Shown: piece by piece, positions 12,649 through 27,590 of the stretch | Layout: every line of letters begins with the position of its first letter | Numbering within the stretch: position 1 is the stretch's first letter | Notes under the pieces: model-generated | Databases searched by the model: none | What the model was told of the DNA's origin: nothing | The model's input: the letters and a program-made list of their open reading frames with translations, nothing else | Translations under genes and position numbers: made by a program | Virus record (IMG/VR): IMGVR_UViG_3300011448_000001 | Location: 1 to 64,000 of that record | Direction: 5' to 3' (one strand) | Origin: a virus | Taxonomy: Duplodnaviria; Caudoviricetes | Length of the DNA stretch: 64,000 bases

Positions 12649-12735
12649 TATTTAGATTAATTATAATTAATTAATGTTTGTTATTTTTTTTATTTTAGTA
12701 TATTGTAAATTATAAACTTATCACGGTTTATAATT

Positions 12736-13980
12736 TTATTTTTTAGATTTTATTGTTATTTCAGGTAAATAACCACCATAATATGTTCCTTGATTGGCAG
12801 AACTGTCTACACCATAATAATCATCCAAATAAATACGATCATAAATAGTAAACGGTTTCGCACCGATTATTTTTCCAACATCTCCGTTATATTTTCTTAA
12901 TTTATAATCTAAATATAAACTACCTGTTGATTTTTGTGTGTCCGCTCCCTAAAAAGGATTAATGTCGTATATATCTCGATATGATATATATTCTCCTTTA
13001 TCATCAACACCTCTTCCTATAGCATGATCTCCAAATAGTCTATCTAAAGGTCTTCCAGAAATTTCTCTGCCGAACATTAATTCTTTTTGTTTAGCAAAAT
13101 TTATTAATGATTCTTTTTCTTTATTTGTTAATTTCATTTTAAACACTTTGTTATCGTTAGGTTTAAAAGGAATTTTTATTACTGGAAAATACTAAGCGTT
13201 ATATAATTTACGAATTCCAGGCTGTTTGTGTCTTGCGTTTTTAGGTATTTGTAAATATTGCGCCCACTGATCATCTCTATCTTTGTCATATCCGTTTTCT
13301 CTTATACTATCAACATCTTTGTTTAAAATTATACCTTTGATTATTCTTTCTTTAAAATTAGTATATCTGTTTGGTGATATATTATTATACGCATTATTTC
13401 TAAAAATATATTTAATAATGTCTTCATAAGATGTTGTTTTTTTATTATTTTTAGAAAAAAACATTTGATCGTTTTGATTATATTTTACAAATCCGTTATC
13501 AATTCCATGTTGATTTCCTTTCCACGTATCTGTATATGTATAACCGTTTAAAGATTTAGTAGGAAAATATCCTATCTTTGCATCTTCAATAATAGCTTTC
13601 GTGTATGTTTCGTGTTGCGGACGTTTTAATATACGTCCTGTATACGGATCTCTTGAAGATAAGTGATATTTCCCATCGTCTTCTAAACTAGGTTGTGCAC
13701 CAGCTTTATACGCACCATATAAATCATAATCAGGAGTTTCTTGTCTAAGATTAGTAGGTAAAGATTCTCTCCACTAATTATACCCTATAGTATTTTTAAT
13801 TACAGAGTCTTTACCGTTCTCATATTCAGCTACAACAGAATCATAGTAAGCCTATTCTTCAGGAGATATAGGCTGCTATTCTTCTTTCTATGTTAAAGGT
13901 CTACCAACGATATCCCAATAACTCTCTCCGTTCTTCCAACGTTCAAAACGTTCTTGGAATTGTTTAGTATTCTTTTTCAT
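12736..13980 (-). CDS. Hypothetical protein, 414 aa with TAG read-through
   Basis: ATG 13980 overlaps the portal stop and joins ORFs 13192..13464 and 12949..13146 to TAA 12736. Confidence 0.6.
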
Positions 13981-16454
13981 TTCTCACCTGCGGTTTTATT
14001 ACGAATTGCTGTACGTGCTTTAATCTTCTCACGTTCAAGAGCAGCTTGGTCTTTCTAACGTTGAAGTTCTGTTTCATGCTTCATACGCTCACGTTCAAGT
14101 TTCATCTTCTCTTGTTCTATATTACGCTTCTGATCAGATTCATAACGTTTAGTATATTGATCTTCACGAATCTTCATTTGAGCTGTAGCATCCTTAGCAA
14201 TTTCAATTGGATCGCTAATACCGTTCTTATCAACATCTTTGTCTTCAGTACCACGATATGCAGATATCTCAGCTACAGTAATCTTAGTAACGTTATCTTG
14301 ATCTATCTTATAACGTTCAAGATCCATTTCAGCCTCTTTAAGCATAAGCTCTTGTTGTTTAGCTTCATTTTGCATCTACTGTAATTGCTGTTGTTGTTCT
14401 GCTTCAGCCTGTTGCTGTTGCTGTTGTAATTCTTCTTGACGCTTCTGCATATCTACTAACTTCTGTTTAAGTAAATTAAAGTTATCCGTGGTAAGTACTT
14501 CAGCGGCTTCAAGTAAACTAGCACCATTCTACATAGCTGGTTGAATAAGCTATTGTAACTTCTATATGTTCTCTAAGTCTTTAGAAGTATCGCTTACAAA
14601 CACATCAAGATCTTCAAAATAGAAATCATCGTTGATGTTTAAGAATGCACGTTCACCATGGTCGAAAATATAATTAAGTTTCTTCTTACCAGTATCTTTC
14701 CATGCACCTCTTGCAGTATTTAACAACATATTAAGTACATGACGCTTACATTGATTATGTACCCAGAACCAAGGTTCAGTAATATGTGATGATTGTAATA
14801 CGGAACGTTCTACATTACCAACAAGTTCTTTAGTAGATACAGCTCCTTCACGTTGAGCAGTGATACCAGATATAGTACCAGCTAACTATTCAATCTTGTC
14901 CATAAGCTGTATATATTCAGCAATAACATTACTCATAGTAAGATCTAATGAAGTAATCTAATTAAATGCTGCCGGATGTTGTCCGTCTCTACCAGGTACA
15001 CCTGTCTATGTTTCGTATGGATTAATAAAGTTAACTCCAACACTTGATAAATAATGTAGCCATCTTTCTGGAGATATATTCATAGATTTAGGAATCTAAG
15101 TAATATCCATATTAACAACCTTACCTTTATCTCTAGCAATAGCAAGTTCAAGTCTATACCAAAGTACAATATACATATACTACAACGGTTTAAGAATACT
15201 TACTAATGATTTTGGATGACTATTAGTATTACTATAAATAGCACCACAATAAGGTAATTTATTACTATTTGGATTATCTATGCTTATGTGTTGATATTCT
15301 ACAGGTCCTATACCAAAATATAAATCTTGTCCTGCTCTATATCCTTCCCATACTTCAATAACCCAATCTGGTTCTATAGATATTTCTGTACCTATTGGAA
15401 CATATGTTTCATCTACTATGTCTGAAACAATTTCTCCTTGTTCATCCTAATATGTTATATAGAATATCTTTTTAAACGATTTCCAACAACAATGCCACAC
15501 ATTAATATGATTTTTACTGTAATCATCAGTAAGTGGATTATCGTTGAACATCATTCTAATCTTATTAAAATCATCCTGTCTTCCATGCTCACCATAATTA
15601 TTAGCTGGCACAGAATTAATCATGTCAGAAAGTTTGTTAAGATCTTTTTCTTCAAGTTTGTCATAATATCTGTCATAAATATCAGAGATAGACATTCTCA
15701 TCTTTCTACAACACCATTCTCCATCTTCAACAAACTCTAATGATGGACTTTTGTCGAAACTAAATTCTTGTGGATTAACACGCTCTACGTACGGTTCACC
15801 ATTCTAAATACCAACATAATAATATTCCATTCCTGCAATAAGAGCATCTTTCCATCCTTTTATAAATTCATTATCTAAGCCTAGTTTCTCTCTTAAATAA
15901 CAAATAGTATGATAAGCAGTATTTTCTACTACATCCTTATAGTCTTTATCCATGTATTTGGCAATAGCTTCAGGAGGCATAATCTCACCGCTTTGTAATC
16001 CTTGTTGAAACTGAGCTTGTTCTTCTTCGCTCATATTAGCCTATATAGCACTCATACAATACTATATGACAAGTTCTTTTTGTTTGTCCATCATCTATGA
16101 AGCAGCTTCCTGTGAAGTACGAACTACTTTAAAGTTTAATGGACGTTTTGTTTCTTCTCCTATTAATAAGTCTATCTTAGGTCTTATTATATTAAAGTCT
16201 TGTGGAGTTGCAGGGAATCCGTCTTTGACACGAAAAGGGTTTGTTATCCTTTTAAAGTCGTTTTCGTCAAATATACTATTATATAAATTATAGTATGTCT
16301 ATAATTCTTGAAATCTATTTATATTTTGACCTCCAGAAGTGATGTTTCCTTCTCCGATTATGTAATTAACACAATCGTGTTTCCACTTTTCATTCTTTTT
16401 CTTTAAAGATAACTTTTGTCTAGGAAATGTTGAGTTATATAAATTATCTTCCAT
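13977..16454 (-). CDS. Portal protein, 825 aa with many TAGs
   Basis: ATG 16454 (MEDNLYNSTFPRQKLSLKKKNEKW) shares a frame with ORFs 15804..16034, 15447..15701 and 14055..14375; ends TGA 13977; directly downstream of terminase. Confidence 0.88.
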
Positions 16455-16456
16455 GC

Positions 16457-18517
16457 TTAAAATGTAAATAAAGGTGTATTTTCTTCTATATTATCTTCCT
16501 GTTCATTATAAAATTCTTTTGTGAACAAGGGTATGTCAAAGAGTTCAACCTGTTTGTTTTCTTCTTGTGCAGCCTATATCTTTACTTGAAACAACTCTTC
16601 CCTATATATCATTGTCATACATAGTGCGATAACACGGTCAACATTTCGCACACCGTCGTTTTCTATAAGCTCTTCAAGTAGTGGCTCACTGTATATTCTT
16701 TCTATATTTGGATGTCCTGGTTCATATTCGTCTAATAACCATTCAAGTATTAAACCTTCACCATATGCTCTAATTGATTTTGTCATATGACATCCTTTTC
16801 TTCTTGATACTTTACTATCTTTAAATATTTCAGATATTACTTTATCTGGCTAATCTGCTAATAGGTAATCACAATGTCTATTAGTAAAGTAAGGATATAT
16901 ACCTTTACGTTCGTTCTCAAATAATAATCTAGCATTATAGAACACTAAAAGTTTACGAACGTTTTCATAATAGTCTTCTGCTGTTTTAGGTCTGCCAGAA
17001 TATTCTGCTACAATAACATCATTCCACGCTTCTCCTGCTCTTACTCGTTTAAATATAAAAGTAGAACCAAGAGAGTTAGTAAATGATTCATCGTGATCAT
17101 ATGGATCCGCACCAGCTATATATAATCCATATGGAGGATTCTATACTGGATATTCCCATATTACTATCGAACCTTCTGGTTTATCATCTTTCTTCAAATG
17201 ATATGTAGTTATATCTCCTGATTTCTTTTCCGTAGCAATAATTTTACCGTCTCCATCCCAGTTCAGGTCAACAACATGTTTCATGTTCTATAGTTTAGTA
17301 TTTGTACGAATTTTAGATAACTAATCCATTAGAAGTTTACGTGGAAATATATTCTTACCTAATTCAAGTACAGCTTCTTGCGGCTTTAATGGACGTTCTG
17401 ATATAAAACGGTCTATAGACTATTGAGTAGCACCACCGTCTTTAATCTTATTACGTTGGCTTATAAGCTCTTCTACAGCCTTATCTCTTAGAGAGTTACC
17501 AAACTCATCCATAAATATCTATTTACCATTCTCATCAAGACTTTCCATGTTGCTCCAAGACGGAACAAAGAATCCACACCGTTCGTTAGCATTATCGTCC
17601 CATATATTAGGAAAACTTAATATATTGAACGCTTCTGGTTTATAGAACATCTATTTAAGTCCATCAAATGAACCACCTTCTGTGCCGCCTGTGCCGTAAA
17701 CAACCATTAGCCCGAATGCAACACCGTCATCAGTTTCTACTGCAGGTTGTTCAACACGCCATGCTGTTTCAAGATTTGGGAATTTACCACCCTCTTCAAA
17801 TAACACAAGTTTACCACGAGTACCACGAATACGTTCAGGATCATTTTTAAGAGTAATACCTGTTATACTTGAAAGATAACCTGTTTCGATTTGTTTACCA
17901 AACTCGTCTGTAATCTTATAACCAGATACTCTTTCCATACGTGTAGATGTAAGACGTTGTTTAGACCAAGCTGTATGCTTATCTATAAAATCCATTATCT
18001 ACCATGCTTTGGTAAGTAAACCATCACCAATCAAAAATTTCTATTCAGAAGCTACTGCAAAGTTCTTAGATCCTTCTATAAGTTCATAATTACGAACTAG
18101 CATAGAAGCACCCTTAAATGAATAACCTCTTTGACGAGATTTTAACACAGCCATGTGTTTACCAGATTCTTCAGCTTCTTCTATTGCATTAAAGTAATAA
18201 TAATCATAATCCCAGAATCTAGGGAAGCCTAATATACGTTCACGTCTGGTTCTATTATTACCATACTTATCAGTATACTAGACTTCTTCAAGTTTCATAA
18301 TAGGACTATAATTTAAGTAGAAATAATGATAGCCTGTTATAGCATCCCCATCTTCAGCCACATACCCATTTAGACACCTTTTAGTTTCTCTATCCCAGTA
18401 TTGTATATAATCTGTTGTTCCTGGAGGTGCTAATGTATAACATCCGTGTTCCTGAAAAAACAATGCGGCTTCACGAAATTTATCAGTGTTTTTTATATGT
18501 TTATTAAAATCTACCAT
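16457..18517 (-). CDS. terL: Terminase large subunit, 686 aa with TAG read-through
   Basis: ORFs 18278..18517, 17651..17995 and 16574..16786 share one frame. Walker A-like LKSRQRGYS, Walker B LVLFEEGG and nuclease GADPYD / NVDRVIAL are present. Confidence 0.92.
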
Positions 18518-18538
18518 AAGTATGTAGCTTAAAATAAA

Positions 18539-19060
18539 TTAATAACTAGATCTTTCGTAGAGACCGATAGTACCACCACCTTTAACTCTACCAAGATCGT
18601 TTTGTTCTGCTTTAGCCTATTTCATTGTTATATCAAGAGACTTAACAATATTGCCCACATCTTTAAGTATACGTGTCACCTTAATGGCTGTATCTATATC
18701 CATTAGATCTCTAGTATATTCGTTTAAGGCATCTATTAAGCCCTCTGCTGCAGTTTTAGAAGCACCGAGTAATCTTGTACTAGGAGTCTCCTAAAACTCG
18801 TTAAAACGTTTAATAAGCTCATTCATTTCAGCAGAAACTATGTAATTCTCTACATTAAATACATCTTTAGCCACCCTCTGAGAACGTTCATTCTCAGGAT
18901 ATGCTTCATATGGAGTATTCCATTTATATCTCCATATAATATATTCTATTTCTTTTAATGCCTAAGATTTATCCTAGGCATTGTTATAGTATTCTTTAAA
19001 AGGAGGAATAGCTAAGTCTTCAGTATTTAATACTATTTTGTCTCCCCGTATATCAAACAT
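18539..19060 (-). CDS. Conserved crAss protein upstream of TerL (terminase small subunit candidate), 173 aa
   Basis: ATG 19060 (MFDIRGDKIVLNTEDLAIPPFKEY) is open to TAA 18539 via 4 TAGs; ends GRVKGGGTIGLYE. Confidence 0.65.
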
Positions 19061-19071
19061 TTATTTTATCA

Positions 19072-22056
19072 TTAAGATCTAAGTGAAAATCTAGTTGTAA
19101 CCCAAGTAATACATTCTTTATCTTCTTCGTATGATTTTTTATAAACTTTACATTTTGTGTAAACTCCCTATTGTGGAGATATAGCAACCGATACCGTAGA
19201 ACCATTTTCGCTTTCTGTACAAGCCTTTGTAAATATTATACCAGTGTTTGATTTATTATAACATATTATACTATTTCCAACATATTGTCTTACGGAGTCT
19301 CCGTCATTAAATATATCTGTAATTCCCGGCATATTAAACGTAATGTCGTTCTCAAAATTTCCCTAAAACTCTATCCATTGTCCTATCTTATCTAAATAAA
19401 AATCATATGTTGCAAGCTGTCCTTCTATTATTTCATCGACTTTTGCATATTGTAATATATTATCAGGAGTAATAATGGTTTTTTGTCTTTTAATACTTCC
19501 AGTAAATACAGATTGTCCAGTAATTATGATGTCGTTTGCCGTAATACCATTTATATTTAAATACTCTGCAGAAATTTTTCCAGAAGTAATTTGGTCAGCT
19601 CTTATATCAGCAGCAGATATCTTTCTTGCTGCTATCTAATCTATACTTGCAAATTGTGCGCTTAACGCCTCTGTAGTATCAAATGGTATCCATATTCCTT
19701 CTGCGTCTTTACTTCCAGGTTCTATTCCAGTAGATTCAGAAGCTGTTCTGGAAAGGAACCAATATTGTCTCATTGCTCCGTATGTATCGCTTGTTATTGT
19801 ACTAGAATGCTCTACAGATCCGTCTTCGTGTCTAATCTAATAACCCCAAGCAACATAAGGAATTACTTCAGAATTTCTTTCATATTTTATATTAGACTAC
19901 CATTCTCCCATAAATATCCAATCTGCTCCAGTACTATTAACCTCATTTCCAACGCCAGCAAGTTCAGCAAGAATTGCACCAGATGAAATTATTTTCTTAT
20001 ATATTCCATCAACTATTTTATCATAGCATGTAAATATTATTTTCCATAAACACTGTCCTGGGTTAAGAGTACCAGTAGGTCTTTCTTCTTCCCAAGAATC
20101 ATCTGTTTGTATAAAATATCCACCAGCATGATTTGAACTTGACATAATAGATGGTGTTTGTGGATAATTTGTAGAACTATCACTTATTGCGTAATATGTA
20201 ATTTGTTCTACATTTGTTTCAGAATTTACATCAGAAACAATATATTGATCTATTAATAATGGAGATCTACTATTTTCAGAATTTCCTGAAAAATAACCAG
20301 AAGTTTTATTTGTTTTTTTCCACGCTCTATATATATATGGATGTTCTGCATCACATACCATACGTTCATCGCTCCAAATTACAGAATAAGTTTGATTTAA
20401 TTGTGATGAAGAAACTTGTTCTCCATTCATAGTAGCATAAAAATTAGCAGTTGTTTGATTTATATTAGTGTCTATCGCTGGAGTTTTAAATACACTATTA
20501 TTCACATAACGCTCTGATAAAGATGTATATATATATTCATATCCAAATCCATCCTCACCTTTGCATAACTACCATTTATAATCTTCTATATTATTAGACG
20601 CAGTTACATTATTGTCAATTAGTGTACCCATATATTTACCAGGATTCGTTCCATTATTTCCTGTAAATGTACCAGATGTTGCGTGTCCGGTCTCATCTGG
20701 TTGTACGTCGTTACTGAATTTTATGTGCAAATGACTAGATTCTCCGTCTTCACCAGCAGGACCTTGTATATTACCTAAGTCTGTCCATACATAATTTGGA
20801 GTATCGTCATTACAACATACAATGTGTCCGTCTAATGTACCCCCTACAACTTTAAAACAGTCTCCAGCTTTTAATCCAGTATATCTAGAACCGTCTGAGA
20901 GTAACAATCCTGTTGATTTGTCAGTACCGTTACTTAATGTAGTAAGCACTTCTATAGACGTATATCTTGTACCATCTAATTCTCCAACAATCTTAATTGA
21001 TGTACCATCTTCACCCTTCTCGCCCTTTATTCTAACTATTTGCCATTCTGACCAAGCACCATTATTTAAAGTACTTGTAGCCATCCATACAGCATCTCCA
21101 GAAAGTTTAGTAACATCGTCATACCATCCACCTGTTCCGTTTTGTGTACCGTGTTGTGTTGGAGCAGACGGTTTAGTTTCGCTCCCGTTAAAACACACAT
21201 CAAAATCTGTTGTATCTTTCATTAAAGCAAACGGTGACCATGATCCAGCGACTCCATTAATAACCCAACATGTTGTCATATATATCAAGTCCTTAGGATT
21301 TGTTGCTTGTGCTGTATCTGTACATCCGGTTGGAGAAATAGGAATAGATTTATCAGAATCAAATTCAGAAGGAGTAATTTTTACAGCATTTTCCTCTGTT
21401 GTGTTATACGAACCATTTTCATAATGTACAGTATAAAAAGCAAATGCTTTATATTTAGTAGAAGTATCTTCTCCGGAACCACTTCCTCCTTCACCTTTTA
21501 CCCAAGGAACATGTACATATGCTTTTGCATTTGAATCAAGTTGCACAGGATAATCTTTATTAGAAGAATCTTCTGTGAATCCAACACGTATACCACCAAG
21601 TGTTGTTCCAGTAGCAGTAGGTAAAACATAATCATTTCCAGGAGCATCTTGATTGTTTTCAAGATTGGTTATCCTTGTTTCATGATTATTTACTTTTGAT
21701 TCTAATATAGAAATACGTCTTTCTATATCTGATAAATCTACTGTTTGATTTATTATATTCTATATTGTTTGTTGAAGATTTGTTATTTTAGTCCAATCTA
21801 CGTCATTTAAATCAATAAGTTTTTCCCATGTTTTACCTCCATCTATAGAATACTGTATTATAGACCCAGACAATCTAAATTTTATCTTATTTAAAATTTC
21901 ATTAGATATATTCTCTGTAAAACAATTAAATTCAGTACCGTGAGTATAAATGGTTTTAGTGTCTGCTATAAACACTATAGAACTATCTAATATATTTTGT
22001 TTATCAGAATTAAAATCTTTTTTGTTCTGATAAAATATAAATCTTGTGTTTATCAT
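19072..22056 (-). CDS. Tail fibre/spike protein, 994 aa
   Basis: ORFs 21760..22056, 20569..21546 and 19897..20505 share one frame, open to TAA 19072. Contains GEKGEDG collagen-like triplets and a YVLPTAT..LGG module. Confidence 0.75.
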
Positions 22057-24317
22057 GATTTTTTATCCTATGTAATTGTAAATTTATATGTTTTATTTAA
22101 AAAGATTACATCTAATGAAGCATGCCTATCAGTATTATTTGGATTTTCTATTGTTGTTACAGTTATTGTTCCTGTAGAAGAATCATATGCATAATTATAC
22201 CAATCAACACTTTCGTTAGATTTCTATACTGTAATTTGATCGTACGAAATATCATCTCCATTTGTTACTCCAACTACTCTTTCTGTATCAGAACCACCTT
22301 TATAATTAAAATAAAGGTTTCCAGAATAGTATGATTCGTTTTCTGACTTTGAAAATTTTATTAGCTAATAATAATATACTCCTAACTAATTTTTGCCTCG
22401 TTGCCAAATATTATATTTTTCACGACGATTGTCTTCATTTTCAAATTCAAAAGTATAAGTAACAGCAAAATCCGAATCGTTTTGTTTATCAACCGTTATT
22501 GTAACCTCATAATCATGATCTGTACCATCTACTATAGATATAGAAGCATTTTCTGGTTTTGAAATACAAGTAACTTTAGATTTTTCTCCTTTTGAATTTT
22601 TACTGTTAAAATATCCAGTCCACGTTGTTTTATCATAACCCATACATGTGTCCCAAGATGAAGTTCCTATAGTAATAGAAAAACGATCGCTGGAATTTAA
22701 AATAGAACTTTCTTCAGTATCATATCCATTTAATTCAAATACAGATAAATATGGTTCTTCTGGTTTACGCATATATAAATCAGACATTTGGGGTGTTATT
22801 TCATGTAAACGCAACGATACATTTGTATTATTAAATTCACAATTTGAAAATGTAAACTTATATACATTGTCTCCAGAATCATCTTTATATGTTTCGCAAT
22901 CACTAAAATAATCAGAAGCAATAGGAATATATGGTGTATAATCTATACATCTACGAGGATTGTTAATTATTATTTTAAATCTTGATTCTACGACATCAAA
23001 AGGATTTACATTATGTTTACCTACACTAAAACTATTAAAATAAGTTCTTGTTTTTTCTAAATCAGTATTTGTTTCTCCTTGTGTAATATTAGCAAATGAT
23101 GTATACAATTCTGCATCATTATAAGACCAACCACACTCTCTTAAATCATTAGGATTGTCTATATTTAATCCAAAAGTAGCAATTGCTGTTTTAGATCCAA
23201 CAAAATATCTTATTATCAATGTTCTTGTATACCATTTTTCTGGACAATTTTTATTTTGTGTTCCGTACGCATATACATTTACTTTCTATGAATCCGTAGA
23301 AATCTGTTTTCCAGAAGAAGTAAACGTAAATCCGTCTTTAGATATTATTCCACCACTATATGTAGAATAATTCATTATACAAGAATGATTGTTGTTTTTC
23401 GTATCATACCAATTTGCACGAGCCTCTATCTAAATACAATATATTTGTTTTAGTTGTTCTTCTGAAATATTGTTTATATAATCTTTAAATTTGATTGCTG
23501 TTGTTTCGTTTCCAGATTCTCTATTATCACCACCATACTGTATAAATATATTTTCGTTGTTTCCAGGCTGATCAAATCCTACATAATTTTCATATGTAAC
23601 ATCGTCGTTATTATATAATTTATATCCTATTCTAGTGGCTGTATCAAGATCAATTCCGTCGTTTTCTTCCCACGTATATTTAATGATCATGTCATCAAAT
23701 TCTGATAGGAATATGGAACTTCCGTCTATCTAAATAACACGTAATGTTATTTTTTTACCAGATTCGTTTTGTGTAAATATTACATCAAAATATCTTTCTT
23801 CTCCTATATTGTTTTCAGATGCATTTACATAAATACCACCATCAGAATTAGTTATCTATATCCAACTTGGTAATTGATTGTGTGTATATTGTATAAAACT
23901 CCAATCATTATTATCTATCTTTTTAGAACATATTTTAATTTCACTACTATTATCATTTACAACATTATCGATTATAGTAGTAGTATTTTCTCCTATATAT
24001 CCAAACCAATCTGTTTCTCCGTCACCAACAGAATCATAACCACGATAAAAAGCAAATTCATAGTTTTCTGAAGGAGTTGGTTCTTCTGATTTAATAAAAT
24101 GAATGTCTTCGTATAAAATACATTCATTGTCTAGATAAGAAGATCTTCCTGTAGATTCTACGCTATATGTAAGATTTATAATACCATTTATAGAATTAGA
24201 ATCTAAAGAATTAATAAAAGATTTTGTAAATACTTCGTTTGAACTATTAGAATATGAACCTCCCCCTGTTGTGATTATATTAGCTAAATCACGCTTTGTT
24301 GCTATTAGTTTGTTCAT
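22053..24317 (-). CDS. Tail protein with BACON-like Ig domains, 754 aa
   Basis: ORFs 23856..24317, 23430..23690 and 22386..23219 share one frame to TGA 22053. Repeated LPSWI...N..GEERYFDVIFTQ and W...N....DRHASLDV...FTITQ patterns. Confidence 0.65.
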
Positions 24318-25740
24318 ATTTATTTACCCTTTCCTTAAGTTCTTCTATTTCGGTTTCTAATTTCTTAATATATAAAATCATTAAAGACTGATAATCTACA
24401 GATTTAATACCATCTGTTGTATTAACAAGATTGTTAAGACCAGCACATTCAACAGTTTGTGCTATTACTCCATATTTCTTAACATCTTCTCCATTAAACA
24501 TAAACGATACAAGGTTTATATTATCAACCTTATCAAGATCTTCTTTAGAAATAGAATTTATGTTATGTTTAAGATTAATATCAGAAGAAGCGTAGAATGT
24601 TTTTGCGCTTACTTCATAATCAGAACTAATCGGACTAAGAGTATTTCCACTAAGAGACCAATATGTATCTACTGTACTACCACTACCGCCTTCTATTGTA
24701 ATGTTGCCAGAACCAATTAAAGATTGACCGTTTATTGTTTTTAAATCATTAGCCTTAACGTATTCGCTTAAATCTATATCTGGTGCAGTAATAAGAAGAT
24801 CTCCAGTTCCTATTAAAGATTGTCCGTTTATAGTTTTTATCTGTTGATGTGATGTAAGATATTTATTATCACATTCTGTCTTAGTATAATAGTTTGATAA
24901 ATCTACTGTAGGAGCACTAATAGTAATATTACCAGATCCAGTTATTGACTATCCATTTATAGTTTTAAACGTTGGGAAATTAGTAATATCGTTTGTTGTG
25001 TGGGTATGTGAAATATCTGCTTTTTGATTCAGCAAATTATTTGTTTCAGTTTTAGTATAATAATTCTGCAATGTTTGTCCAAGCTATGTATTTGTAACAT
25101 AGTTTTCAAGACCAAGTTCTGCTTTCTATGTTCCTATAATTTCCCATTGATTATTCTAGAGAAGATATTCTGTATAAATATTATTATTATGTGGATCAAC
25201 AGAAGGAACTAAATAAATAACATTTGGTTTTGCATTACTCTTATCCGGAAGTTCAGTAACAATTTCCATGGTTACTGCAGTCGTAGTAATTGCTTCAATT
25301 CTATTATTTATCGTATTAAATTCATTATTAACCTCTTGTTTAAAGTTATTAATAGTAGAATCTATTTCACTAATACGTTTATTTATATTAGTAATTGCGT
25401 TTTGTACAGCAGTTAATCCTATTTTTAGATTAGCAATATCACCTTCATTTACAGTAACTCTATTTTCAAGATTTCCTAAACTTATTTTAAGATTAGCAAT
25501 ATCTGTTTCGTTATCTGTTATTCTAATTTCATGATTTGCTGTAATTGTTTTAAGATCGTTTATGTCGCTCTTAATTTCTTTTAACATATATATACCGTGT
25601 GTATATATATCTTTATTGTTTGGTTCTACGATAAATGCTATATCGCAACCACATATCAAACCTTCAGATACTTCGTTTTTAAAATCTGCTTCAGTTTTAG
25701 ATAATATAAATCTTTGTTTGTGTATAATATTATGATTCAT
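24289..25740 (-). CDS. Tail fibre with C-terminal S74-like intramolecular chaperone, 483 aa
   Basis: ORFs 25156..25740 and 24289..24501 join. Coiled-coil, three KTINGQS repeats, then ASSDINLKHNI...YGVIAQ. Confidence 0.75.
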
Positions 25741-25960
25741 ATCCTATATATTTCCAATTTATTATATCCTGTGTTAATGACACAACGAGGTCAATTATTG
25801 CGTTAGCATCTAATATATCTCCAGTGTTATATCCGTTATTAGGATCACCATTTATTATATGGTTTGTTTGTGTATTATTTTTAGTGTTTGTACCAAACTG
25901 TATTGAATCTCTACAACAGTTGTTACAACACTCACAATTGTTATTATTACAATTTGTCAT
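25730..25960 (-). CDS. Small Cys/Asn-rich hypothetical protein (76 aa)
   Basis: Complete ORF (MTNCNNNNCECCNNCC...), stop overlaps the next start. Confidence 0.55.
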   Translation of the reverse strand: MTNCNNNNCECCNNCCRDSIQFGTNTKNNTQTNHIINGDPNNGYNTGDILDANAIIDLVVSLTQDIINWKYIGYES

Positions 25961-26101
25961 ATTTAATTAAGTTTAATTTACACTTATATAGTGTCGGAAA
26001 CTCAACGTTACAAAGTTAGAAAGATTTTTAACGAGGTTTCGGATAAATCTATTTTTGTGTAAATGTTGTTAGATTCAATAAGTTTTGAAAATAACAATAT
26101 A

Positions 26102-26572
26102 TTATGTAAAATGTTCCCAGTCTATTTCAACTTTTTTACCAACTATATCAGAAACCCATCTACGAAACACCATACCTTCATATCCATCAGGATCATTTAT
26201 TATTTTATATGCAGCTAATATACACTACATTTCATTAGATAAAGGATCTGGATATAAATCAGCATAATACATATTAGCAAGATATGTAGCATCTCCTATA
26301 AATGAATCTGGAACGTTAAAACCGTATTGTATTAATTCTGTTTTTATTTGATTCGGTTCCCAACAATGAGTTACTCCATTTGCATTAATCATCATCTTAC
26401 TAGCATGTGTAGCAAGTTCGTTTGTAAAATGATGACCATGTTTTTTAAGATATTCTTTATATCCTTTTATACATTCCATTGTTTTTTGTATATACTCATA
26501 CGCATCTTTTATAGGAACTTGTTTTTTGTCAACATTATTTGTGTTTTTTCTTACTATAATATATTCTTTCAT
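26102..26572 (-). CDS. Conserved hypothetical protein (HGxHFT family), 156 aa
   Basis: ORF 26225..26572 extends via one TAG to TAA 26102; ends IDWEHFT; paralogous to 34657..35046. Confidence 0.65.
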
Positions 26573-27072
26573 GCTATACGTGTATCTATTTTATTAATAA
26601 ATTTTTCCATCATGGCTTGCTGCTATTTCATTAACATAGAAATATCATCTATAGATTTTTCTATTTTTCCAAATCTTTGTTCATTTTCTTGTTTCTCTTT
26701 GAACACAGGATTTAATTCAGAAAGTAATGATGGTGCTTTATCTATAATTTTATGTGCTTTTTCTGCAGAAGAAAGTATTTGTTCAGCATTTGCTTTTTGT
26801 ACTTCTACTTCGTTTACAAGACCAGACTTTTCTGTAGAAAGAACTAAATTCCCAGCATATGTGACAGAAAGACCTTCTGGAATGGTATATATAGCTGTTT
26901 TACCAAAAGCATCTATCGTAACATCAACAACCATTTCTGTTTTACCTGTTTTCTGATTTATATCTAGTCTAGGAAATGATACCTAAGTAACCTTACCTTG
27001 TGTAAGTTCAAGTTCTTGTGTATCTAAAATATATACCGGATAATTTTGTTTTATTTCTTTAAATAGTAACAT
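26569..27072 (-). CDS. Conserved hypothetical protein, 167 aa
   Basis: ATG 27072 (MLLFKEIKQNYPVYILD) joins ORF 26623..26934 via TAG; ends TGA overlapping the next ATG. Confidence 0.65.
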
Positions 27073-27148
27073 ATCTTTTGTTTTTTAAGTTAATGATATA
27101 GTATTAAATAGAGGTGCAGAGTATTTTTACTCCACACCTTTATTTATT

Positions 27149-27562
27149 TTAAGCAGCCTAAGCTGGGATTGAAACTGTTAAAGAACTATTAATAGCGTAA
27201 CAATTGGATTTACCGCAAATAATTTTAATAAGACCCTGTGTAGATCCTACCTGATTGATTGTTACAGAAGCAGGCAAAGTTGTTCTACCCTAAAAAGCAA
27301 TCATAAATCTTTCTGTGATTACTTGAGTAGTAGCTTTACAACCATAACCAGGAGTTACGATAGTAATAGTAGCCACAACAGGAACAAATACTGTAGTACC
27401 ATTAAGTACCGGTGTTTCATTTCTATATGTTACTGTTGCTGATGGCTGATTAGAAGAAGTAGCACAAATTGTGCGACATAACTTCTCCTTAAAAGTAGCT
27501 AATACAGAAACCTGATTAGCTACTGGAGCGGCGGCTAAGCCTACCGGTGATAAAATAACCAT
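27149..27562 (-). CDS. Hypothetical beta-rich protein, 137 aa
   Basis: ORF 27290..27562 extends through 2 TAGs to TAA 27149. Confidence 0.6.
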
Positions 27563-27590
27563 AATTAAACAATTTAATTAATTAATATGA

